Of a stretch of DNA of 64,000 nt, positions 10,308 to 22,300 are shown one piece after another. The stretch's first letter is position 1; every line of letters starts with the position of its first letter. The translations under genes were made by a program, and so were the position numbers. The notes below the pieces were generated by a model that did not search any database, was not told the origin of the DNA, and was given only the letters and a program-made list of their open reading frames with translations. Source of the DNA: Diplonema japonicum (lineage: Eukaryota; Protista; Euglenozoa: Diplonemea); contig OZ025692.1 in assembly GCA_964019335.1 (NCBI GenBank), positions 1 to 64,000 on the forward strand, given 5' to 3'.

Positions 10308-13300
10308 CTACGACAGATCAATGAATCCGCAGAGCAACAAAACGGACGTTTTTAGGAACTGGAAGATGCAGAAATCAAGAAGAATACTTAGTAACCAAAT
10401 GAGGAACCAATCACTTGTACTGATGTTGTTGTTTTCAGAAAGGAAGTGACAACCGACCAGACAACAGACAATACCGAATAGGTGCATGACATAAGCAAGG
10501 TGCAAATAAGTGGTAGGGAGGATCGTGTCGCGTATGTGCGTCAAAAAATTATATGCCTTCAGATGATTGTGTTGGGCGATCTGTGAGTGTTGCTGTGCAG
10601 TAGTTTTTATATCATACATCATAAAGTGGTGTGTCGGCCACCACAGGGGCAGCGCACCCCTCGAAAGTCACACCGTTTATCTTAGGTGACGCCGAATTCA
10701 ATAAGCGTATGCCAACGAGGCCGCGCAACTAGTGAAAAGGTGGTCTAACGAATGGTCACATACTCGTATGTTTTTGATAGTTATTTCGTCAGCGGCAAAA
10801 AGAGTAATCGCTGTGCCAAACTTGCTCCCCGCATCCACAACTACATCTACACCCGTTCCTATCCCCTGGATAGTGAGAGAGCGCGGTACGCTGCTCATAC
10901 GAATAGGCGGGTATTCCCCTTCCAGAAGCACAATCACATCAAAAGGCCTCGAGCCCAACAATGCCTCGTCTACAGAAGGGAAAGGGTGCGTCTCCGTCAA
11001 GCCCAAGCTCTCAGAACCAATATACCTCACTTTAGCTGCGGTTTTTTTCGACTGTTGCTTCACGTACAACGTCCTTCCGGATTCCTGCTCTGTGAGCTCA
11101 CGCAACCTCCGTGTTGCGCTTGGGTCAGGCTTGTCTATTTGCATATCGTCAGCGAAGCGTGCTTTCTCTTGCTCTTCTTGGAAGGCTTCCTTCAGCCGTG
11201 TTGCCAGAGGTGCCGCTGGGCGCCTTGCAATGATCTCTTCTCGCTGTGTTGCATATTCCGCATCGAAGTACTCATCTGCCTCTGCATAGTGCCTCACCCA
11301 GTTGATACCTTCCGTCAGGGATCGGGGCTCGACGGGCTTCTTCCGCCCTGGACGCGTGGCGTGTCTGAAGATATGCGCTGCACGGATGAAGTCGCGAAGG
11401 AACTTAACGCTGCGGATTCCCTCATTCCAGCTAGGCGTGGGCTTACCCATTTTTGCAAGCTCCTCAACATCACTGATGTAGGGGAACTCGGGCTCCGCAA
11501 TGTTTTCCCAGTTGTGCAGCTCCTCTTTATAGTCACTGCTTGAGGCATTCAGGAGCACTTCGAACTCCTCTTGTGTGATTCCCAACTCATACTTCGCATG
11601 GTGAGATGCCCACAACATGCAGCTGTCTGGTGTTATCAGTGGGCCCAAGTCGGGTGATGCCTTCACAATCGAGTCCTTGAAGAAGCTTATAGCTTGGTAG
11701 AACTGGTGCTCATTTATCAGCTTGAGTGCAGTGTTCCACAACTCACATTCTTTCATATGAGACTCAATCCTCACAAGCACAGCATCAAGGGACAGGCTGT
11801 ACTCCGCTGCTGCCAATTCAATCATTTCGTCTAAGGGTTTTAGAGTGCTGCCACTGCATATGCCTGCGAAGCCATCCCTTCCATAGCTGCACGCCATGTA
11901 CAACAAGTGGATGCCGACGATATCCTTGTTGCGTTCGAAAGATAATTCAGCAAGGTTTTCATAATCCTCTCCCGTGAGCAGGAAAGCTACGCCTCTAGTG
12001 TTCATAAGGTTGCTACTTTTCTGTGTGCCGTGCAACTGTTGCTGCATCTTCGAAGCAGCCACCCCTATTGCCTCGCGTTCGTGCTCGATGGGCACCGACT
12101 CGGGAGTTGGTTTGGAAGAGTCTGACTTAGCATCGCTGCTGACACTGCTCTGGATGCATTCAGCCGAGCCCTCACTGCTCTTGGGGAAAAGACCTTGCAC
12201 CTCGTCCAAGTCATTGCTGATGTCATGAAGGTTGCGCACCGGCGCACCCTGAACTTCAAATGCCGCCAAAGCATCCTGCAAAGGGGTTTCTGCATCGCAA
12301 ATATCTTGATCCACATCCGAGAGTACCATTGGTAGAAGCCCTGCGACGCAACCCACCTTGTTTTGTATGAAGGCAGTCGAAGGCTGCGTCAGGAGCGGCG
12401 GGTACTGCTTAGGCAAATTGCCCATTAGCTTTGGTGCAACTCCCTTCTCCTCGCTTCCCTGGTGCGTAGTCTGTTCCTGAAGCTCTTGAATTTCACACAT
12501 TTCAGTCTTCTTTTCGTTTCCAAGAGGGCTTTTTGGAAAGACAGATGCGATCTCGTCCTGGTCTGCATCCGAGTTCAACATCGATAGCTTCATCAAAGTC
12601 GACCTGCGTCGCTGGAGCTTTTGCGTCTCAGGTTGCTTCTGGTGCTCATCACGATTTGTGATTGCATCAGTGAAAATTCTAGAGGTTTCCGTGTTTGGGT
12701 TGAGCTTTGTCGCCTTCGCAAACTTCCTGAGCTCTTCGCTGGAATAGAGAGGCACGTGGATGAAGGGGTAACAAAAAGCGATTGCCATCCCCTCTGTTAC
12801 CACAATAGCAAAGATACAATTCAACAGCAGCTTGTTGGGTGTGTTGTCAAAAGGGGACCACACGCCGTGCAGGAGCCCAATCACGACAAACAACAGCAGT
12901 GCCGTAAAATTCAGTGACAGGACACCTCGCACACATGAAAGAGGCGTCCTCCCAGACATCAGACGCAGCAATATATGACCGTGCTTATACTGCTGCTTCA
13001 GAGACACTTGGTAGAGATCTTCATGCAGCCACGCCATGAAGCTAAATGGTGCGGATTTTAATTCGTGCAACAGAGTAGCTCCCTTCGAATGCGAGACAAT
13101 CTTCAACGAGCGGCGTCGTAGCGCAGGGCCGTGACTTGATCGCACGTTTTGATTGTCAACACTTTCGGCCTGCTCAGGCATGAGTACCACATCTGAAGTC
13201 GGACACCAGTATTTCAGGATAATTTTCATTTTATTCTCTCTCCGCTTTACATCAGTCCTAAGAGCGGGTGCCAACGTCACAACCACCAACAATGCAAAGT

Positions 13301-16300
13301 AAGCCACAAGAGGGATCTTGAAATATTGTGCTCGGATTGTGTCTTGCAAACTGCTGTACTCGAATGGGAGTTGCGGCGGGAGCTCATCAGCTACTTCACC
13401 TGGAAACTGTAAAAGTGGCATCACAGTGAAAAACGACGTATGCTGTGTCTCACACACCCACCCTCCAGAACTGACGTGCACCAACTTGACTCCCTTTTGA
13501 GACCACTGCTTTTTGTGCTCGTCCCAGTAAACGCAAGCCCACGGCTCCGAGGTGTTAACAGGATTCTGGGGATCCTCATTGATGGTGATCCTGATGGGGT
13601 GTGCAGCCAGTCCGCTTACCCCGATAGGCTCCGAGTGCAATTTAAGTTGCAGGTCAACAACAGGGTACTTGGATGCTAAACTAAGCGGCGGTTCCTCAAA
13701 TACTATTGTTTGGATGTCAACGAAGTCGGTGACGTCAAGTCGTTTGGGTGCCCACTTGTAGGTGTTTAGACTCACCACAGTCCTATTGTATGTACTGCCG
13801 AATTCGTCAGTTGTAACCATTGGGTAGTCAAGCCTTACCATGAGAGGTGGCGACACTCTGTGCACACACGTCTTGCTCCCTACTACCTCCAGACATTGAT
13901 GTTCCCCAGGAATAGAAGTCGAAATGTAGCCAACCGCAAGAAGATCCGCCAAGTGCTGCAGAGAAGAACTGTGGCTCGTGAGCTCCAGTTTGCTTAGATA
14001 GCTAGACACATTCGCAACGTGGTTAATATAAGCCATGAGCTGCCCAATGGTCTGGCTGAGATCCGCAGCTGACGCAGCATTGATTTTTGACACATTGGCA
14101 GAAAAGGTGCTGTTAGGATGTTCGCCATTAACGTAAGAAAGCAGTTCGATGGCAGTCTCGATAAATGACTGTGTGACGTCTGCTGCACTTGCCGAAGACT
14201 TCCTGAGGATCTGAGCCACAACTTCAGTGGCGGGGCTCGTTGGTGCCCCCATCCTCCCGTCGCGGACACCCGATACCAGTGCATTCAATAAGCCTTGTCT
14301 CTGCTGCTGAGTAGAACTCGCTTGCAGGATCTGCCCACCTCTTTTGGCACCGGACAATGCATCTTGTTGAGACTTTAGGTCCATAACATGCAAAGCATTC
14401 AATACGCCTGACTGCAGCGAGTCCCCAGTCAGCGTTGCCGAGTTACTGAGCACATTATCAACTACCCCCGACACATCGCTACTGCCTAGGCGCTGTGCTG
14501 TTACTTCTACCGAAGCTTCTAAATATGCGGACTCGCCGTAGCTGTCGTAGACGGTGACCCTGAAGGTGACAGTGGACGTTTTCACGACGTGAGGGCTCAG
14601 AATGACGAGCACGGATCTGATGGTAGGTGTGGTAGTCAATCGAAACTGCTCCTGCTTCCCAGCAGAGGTGATGAAGTATCCTAACGAGTAGCTAAGCTCT
14701 GTAGCTTCCGGATCGCTCCACCCCTTAGCGATCAGCTCGATATCATCGACACCTCCTGCAATACTGTTTGCAGTCGGTCCTTTAATGGAGAAACTCCCGG
14801 CTGCAGGTGGCTTATTCACCACAATACTTATGGAAGACATCCCGGCGGCTGCGGCCCCGGGTGCCGTAACGTTAAGTGTAAACGTATAGTCTCCGGATAG
14901 GGTGCCTGCTGGGATTACCAAGTTTTCTTTCGTGTTTCCTAGCTGTGTAGTGCTGAGATCAAGAGTTGTTCCGCCCGAAACGGTCCATAAAAATGACAAG
15001 GATGCCACTTCCGAGTCAGAAGTCACCTTCCCTAGCAGTAGGAGTTTTGATGATGGATTGTGCATGTTGTTCGGCAGAGACTGCCACAAAGAATCAGTGG
15101 CCGGTTGCATCCGGATTATCTCCACAATAGGGATTGCGCCTGCAACCACTGTGGCGTGCACAGAGACTGGACTGGAGACATGTGAACCTTTTGAGACCAC
15201 AACTGTAAATCTGTACGCCCCGACTGGCATTTCACCCCCGGTCTCAACTTTCCAAACTCCTGCTTGCGAACTGCTGCCACTACAGGTTTGCAGCTTTCCT
15301 GTGCTTTGGCAAACTACAGTGTTGCCTCCAAGAACAAAGGTGCCCTGACACCCCTTGTCCACCCACATGCCATCTCCCTGATTGCCGCCGTAGGACACGT
15401 GAAGCGTACACGTCCCAGCTAATACCTTTGACAGTGTTGGATTGAAAGGATGGTCAGCGTTGCTCAAGCAGTCCCCGTCGGCATCTAGTATACATACAGA
15501 CCACACGTAGCTCATTTGCTGAGGTGAGCCATTAGGGTCCACGCTGCTTGTAGCGTCGATGCAAAGATGACAGCCAGATGAAGGTGCGGCAGAGGGCACC
15601 ACCCGATCGCCCCCAGAGATGAATGCCACAAGCGGTTCAAAGACAACTTCTACAGAAATGTCCACAGTCGACACCAACAACGGGTGATCTGCTGAAGTGA
15701 GATCCACTCGGAAAACATAAATTTCGCCAGCTGTTAGAGTAGAGGAAGCGATATCCAGCGTTGAAGTCGATGCAGAAGAACCCAACACCAAAGAAACGTG
15801 CGAGGTACACGACCAAGCAAATGACAGCATCGCTTTTTGTGCTGCAGTGACTGTTGTTACATTCCCTCCTTTGCAATTAGCAGGACCGCCGTTCACCTGC
15901 AGCTTTGTTCTCAACATCCTTTTTGTGGTTCGGTAAACTGAACCCACCACCTCCATCCTGGGGTATGACAAGACGCTTACTGTGACCTGTGTTGTGGCAC
16001 CACCAGCGTTCCCGAAGACGTCTACAGCTGTTAGCATGAAGCTATGCGTCCCCATTGGGACGATGTCTGCAGGAAGTGGTACTAACAAACTCGTCTCATT
16101 TTTCAAAATCTCTTTAAGAGCAGCGATCGCCAAACTATCAGTACTCGTCGTTGTCATACTCCAGCTGTAGGTTGGAGGGGTGGGGACGGTGTGCGTAGAA
16201 GAAAGAGCATCTAAAACAACTCCATCACACGTTCCAACAATAGACGGTGCTTGAACTCTTGGTATCGGGGCTTGGGTCACAGTGCCACCAATGGCGCTTG

Positions 16301-19300
16301 AGATTACATGATCATCAGCGCCACAGTTTGCAAATTTGCTGCTACAAGTCAAGTCTAGCACCTTCAGTACCACGCCAACTATGTCACCAGGACGAAGCGT
16401 AAAGCCGGGACCGAGTGTTGTCTGCAGTACCTTGTTTGATGTCCACGTGCAGGAGCTACCTATGCCAAGGGCAGCAAGTACAGTGCTGTCCCAGTACGCG
16501 GCACAAGAGGTGGTCACATCGGGATTTATGACGCTTGCTCCTCTGTCAGTAGATCTTGCAAAAGTAGCAGTCACAGCAGTTCCTGTGGACAGAAAGGCAA
16601 ACACGGGCCCATTATTAACACGCGAATAGTCAACGGCAACAGGCAGCTGCGTGATCATGGTTCCCGTTAGGCTGTCAGAGGCTACAGTCACCTTGAAAGC
16701 TACACTGCCCACGAACTTCTGATGCACAAATACTCCTAGGTGCAGTTGCAGAGGTGTCTCGTATGAGAAAGACCTCAGCTTACACATCAGCAGCTTGTCG
16801 TACGCGTCTGTCAACGCAAGCGGCACACAGGAAGGAGGGAATGCATTGAACCACGCCTTTCCTGATGTAGCTAAAGTAACATTCACAACAGGCTCCCTCA
16901 CGACAGATCTCTCTGCCACGGAGGCTAAATCTACCAGGATGATGCCACCGTACTGTGCAAACGTGCCGTTGGGGTTGCTGATGACACTCTGGACGGACGG
17001 CTCTTGCACGTTGTACACAAGTCTCTTGGAGGCAGTGTCGATGTTGTCACCTGTCAGTGTTGCTTCAAACAGCAGGTCACCTGTGAAGGTGTAGTTGTGT
17101 GAGACCTTGAAGGAGGCAGAGTGCTCCTCAAAAGGGCGCACGTCTGTGTTTATGCAGTAGAGGGTATTTTCGTTGACCATGTAGCACATGTTGGGGACCA
17201 CCTCCCAAACCGCACCTGTCACCTGCACAGTGATCCGCGCGTTTCCGATCCACGAGTCGGCAAGGTTCTTGAAACCCAAATAGTACTCCCTGTGCTGCGT
17301 GTAGATCACAGTACTTCCGTTGTCATAAACGTCAAAGCTGAAAGCAGCATTGCTAATGGGGAACAGAGTTTCCACAACAACAATATCGCTGTCTTTGTTG
17401 TAAGGGACGGCTGCTTCCACTCTTACACTAAGGGAGCCCCGTTTCCCTTTTGGAATGTACGCCATGAACCCAACTGCCGTGTCCTGTGCCTGTGTGACAG
17501 GAGCTACTTCTGTGCAGTTAAAACCGTTTAGCAGCGAGAAGCAGTCTCCAGGCGTAAAGGCCCAACCATTGCCCAGGTGGACTTGGAAGTCAGTTATCTC
17601 AGCAAGTACAGTTCCACGGTTTTTGAAATACATCACAAAGGAATGGTTCTTGCCTGTCTGCACTCTCGAAGGTCCAACAAGTACCACATATACGTCTCTG
17701 CGTTCCGCTTTGCAGAGCGTTGCATTTTCCTTGCAGCCATAGGTACTCACAGCAGGATACTCCGGCATAACAGTTGTGTTGAAAAGGAACTTCTGCTGCA
17801 CAACTGCCGTTACATTTACTGTGTCATCTGCAGGTGAGTCGACAAAGAGCGCAAACTGGTAGGTATTGGCCACTCCTTCAGCAAGGCGTTCGAAGTGACA
17901 CGTGGCTATCGCACTTGAGAGCGTGCACCCCTGAGGCAGCGATACGAATTGCGAGCCATGTGTTGTCTTAAGAGTTGCTACTACCAGATCTATTACTATG
18001 TTTCGGACATTAAGTTCATAAAGCGACACATGCCCATAGCGAGGAATGTTTAGAGGGTGTATAGAGGCATAGAAGCCATCTTTTTCTATGGAGACTGTGC
18101 TGATGAGGCGGTTGTTGCCAGGAGGTGGGACCTGCCCCGGGATATCAATGACGGTATGGTCGAAGACATATGTGTCTGCTACTAGTGTAAGATGCTGCGA
18201 CAGCCCTGCCATGACCCAGCCCACGACCTGGTACGAGTAGACTTCTCCGGTAGGGGGTATCTCACTCGCCAAGCATACTATCTCAAAGCTCGTTACCTGG
18301 CATTCTGTTGGGTATGTCACTCCAGGTAATGAGTTGTGGAACAACTGCATTCCCGTTTCGACACCTACCCACGTATCAACACCCATCTGGTTCCATACAG
18401 AGAACGGGTTACTGACGGTGTTCAGTACCTGGGCATCTCTGCGCGTTGTGACTGTGGCGTCACCCAAGACTTTGACTGACGCGTAAGCGGACATATACGA
18501 AGGGCCATGATTCACCACGTCAACTGTGAAAGAAAATTGCGAGTTCTGTTTCGCATAATTTCTGAATGTAGTGCCCACGGCCACGTCCCCCAGCTGTACT
18601 GCAAATCGTTCCTTGGTGATTAGAAGTACGCTTTCATTGAGCATAACACGGTTGCTGATTGTGCCCGCAACGTCGATCGAAATGTTGCCTCTGAAACCTT
18701 TGCTCACAAACACGTCAATCAGCAACTCATTACTGCCACCAGGCGACGTGTCGCCGAACCAACAAAACAGTGAGTTCTGCAACAACGGATTAGTTACGCA
18801 TGCAGTAGGGGGGCTCTGCACCACACCACCGTTGCTCACCGTCACCGTCGCGTTACCACCAGCCACCCAACCAGTGCCAGTATTCCTAAGAGCGACAGAG
18901 AATGGCGTTGAGAAGCCAGCGCTCAAAACTGAAGCCTCGGAAACCATAAACTCGGCACTTGGCAGTGCCACGCCGAAGGAGGCTGAGTCACTGTTATCAG
19001 AAGTGTTCGTGTCGATGTTGCCTGTTGTCGCCACAATAGTTAGCCCGCACTCTATCGACACCCACCGAGCTGGCACGAAGTTCACAGAAACGGAAGTCAC
19101 ACTCCCCACATGAACATCGCCAAGGCTGCAAGTAGCCACATCACCGTTTGCAACGCATTGCGAAGGAAGTGATGCGAATGAGCCCGGCAACGCTGTAAAG
19201 GTCACGACCACACCACCGGCGCTATAGTCACCTATATTCTCAATAACCGCAGTCACAGGTATGCCTACTCCGGCATTAACGATGGTTCCCGGCACAAGGA

Positions 19301-22300
19301 GCTGCGCTGTGACATCGGAAGCAACGACGGGGATGTCCTGATAAATAGAAAGCGACAACGCACTGTTATACTCATCTGTCACCGTAAGCAGTAATCTTAC
19401 TGACCTCGAGGCTGCGGTATTGATGCCAATGGAAATAGATGACGTGTGTATGCCAGAAAACTCACCCATAGCGCAGCTAAATGAGGAAAGCGACAACATG
19501 GTGCACGATCTGATCACCAATGGAGTCACGATTGTGGCATCCTCCAAGGCCACATGGAGCTGTACTGACTGGTAAGCGATAGTTGCTGCTTCGGCAATCA
19601 CCGAAAAGTTGATGTACCCAACCACATCTGCTTCTAAAGCAGTAAGGTTCTCCCCGATCATTCTCATAGATTCACCAGTGTTGGATACAATCAAGCTAGC
19701 CTCGTTATTAGAGAACAACGCTTCGAGTGAGAGTACTGATATCGTAGCACCCACCCGGGTTGTAGCAGAGGTTCGACTCGTGGCGGTTATAATGTCTAGC
19801 TGCTGTGTTGCCAGGGGCGCTAGCTCAGCAATGGTGCAAGTGATAGTTGCCGGATTCCACTCGCCAGTGCAGAACGAAGGCATCAAAACTATGGTGCCAC
19901 CTGAAGCGGTGATCGTGACCGCAATGCCGGAAGACCATGAAGTACTGTGGACCGACTTTACCGTTATTGTCCAGTAACAATTGCTGGACCTCGTACAAAC
20001 TGTGGTTGCGGAGACAACACTCACAGCCACGTCTCCTGGGCTCAGCACGTACTGAGGCATGGGGTTTACAAGAATCCTCGAATCACCGAGCACCTTGAGA
20101 CCACCTATCAGCTGTTGCACATTTGTGGCACGCTTTGACACATATAAAGAAAACATCCCTCGTTCCTCCTGCCCATATTGCACGTCGCCTATGAAGCACG
20201 TCCACAGACTGGGAGCCAGTACATCTGCTGTGCAGTTATGAGGACCTATTGGCGTGAATGCCTGGTTGCCAACCGTCAAGGTGATATTTGTACCAAGGGC
20301 AACAGATCCCGGCTGCATGTTACGCACGCTGTACGTAAATTGCTGCGACACACCAGTGTAAACTGAAGAAGACCCCGTGACTGTTAACTCCACGTTGGGC
20401 GTTCTTGTGAACGTTGCCCACTTGTCGATATTGTTGTAGACAAATCTTTCTGCAGATGCCGTCGTGCAACTTCCAGTCATGTTCACTGACTCAGGCGCAT
20501 TTGAAAGCGGCACAAAGACTTCGATATCAAAGGTAACCACTGCACCAGGCATCACTGCGCCAATGGCGCATGTTGCGTGCGTAGTGCTTGTGAGGTTACA
20601 CTTCCGATGGGGTGACATCACACCTTCTGTGACTGTTATGGTGACGACAGTCTCCTTTGCCTCATATGTCCCGATGGCTTCCACAGTTACTGTGAACACG
20701 GCGGACCCACCAACCGCAACAGTAGTGGAACCTTGCACACTGATGGCAAGGTCAGCATATGACACAGCTCGGAAAGTAGCGACGTTCAGATAAACAGCAG
20801 CAGGGCTGTCTACAAGGTAGCACACAGACCACGGGCCGGAGCTAGTGATCTCGTTGACATACTCGACTGTGGACCACTCGCCTAGGGGCGAGACGGATGT
20901 TACAGTGCGCTCAAATATGTTGGGAGTTACGCAAGGCGTCGATGAATTGTCAGTGGTGATGAATACTTTGTCTGTCCCTTGCAAGAGGGATCCGTAAAAA
21001 GTTAGTGCCAAAGCCTGGTCGATCAAAGGAGGGTCCGACACCATTGCTACTGAGCTGATACCCCCTTGCATAAACAAGGGCTTCCCGACATGATGCCAAC
21101 CGCTGGTGTCTGTGTATGCGCAAATCTCAACTCTACCTGCTTTGTACACCGCAAGGTTTCCAAGGGCAATTGTGTCGGGTTCACCTGCTTGGTCCACTAT
21201 TGTCACCGCTTCGCCTGTGCCGCACTCAGCATAGGCATCCACCCATTCAAGCTTGACGTTATTGCTGCTCGACAACCCACCGTTGTCAGCCCTCAGAACT
21301 ACTTGGATGAGCTCTCCTGCAATAGGGTTTTCTGGTAGAAGTGTGTAGGAAGAGGCACCTGTTTCCAAAACCTTCAACGGTAGCGGCAACATTCTCCACG
21401 CGTTGGCCTTGTGCTTGTAGCACACTGTGTACGAACCCGCAACCTCAGGTGCCTGGACCACAACAAAAGGCGGGGCAAATAGCTGGATGATAAAAATAGA
21501 CGTGTCAGTGCAATCCATTCCAATTTGTACGATGTTGACGTATTCTGTGACTTCGCTTCCCAGCTGTTCTCCCCCTAGGAAGTCCAGCTGCATTGGGTAC
21601 GAACCTTTCACCACTGTTGAAGGAAAGAAGCTGTTAGGATACGTCACAACCTCTTTGATGTCACCAAATTCATGCCACGTCTGGTGCGCCACGGAGTAGC
21701 ATATTTTAGCTGTCATGGTGACGTCGAAGAGAACACGTGCCCTGCTCCACTTGTCAGACCGTATCTCCTCAGCGTAAACAGCATGCTCCTCAGCCTTGTC
21801 TGCGCACGTATCGGTGGATGCGACATACGAGATCCTGTCGAGTGGTGTACTCCCGGTCCCCGAAGTGAGGAAACCTACACCCGTAACCATGAAAGTGACT
21901 GGCTCCTGAGCAACAATATCCAACGGGTAGTACAGGTAATCGATTGCTCTTTTGCGATTCACACGTAAGTAAGGCGTTACTTCTTGCGAGGGAGAGTTCT
22001 TCCTGGTGTAGCAAAGCGTCACATCTGCAAACATCGATGTGAAATGGTCACCACCAACTAACAAAGTGGCAGCTGTTATCTGCTCACTGTTAAAGGAGCT
22101 TATGAGAGTGGCTGCTGTCTGCGTCTCACCAGGGCAAGTGCTGAACGTCCACGAGACACTATCGCCAGCTGAAAGACCCGTGCCTGTGAAATGAACCACA
22201 AGATCCGTGTCAGCGAGCACTTCGTCACCCCCCGTGACGAGATAGGAAGATACACCCAGTGCTACGACAGCCACTTGATCGATACTGCTCCATTCCCGGG

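Noticed and set aside
10698-10763. Track stop codon at 10698 as the end of the giant protein
   Set aside because: Better explained as read-through into a 35-nt intron.
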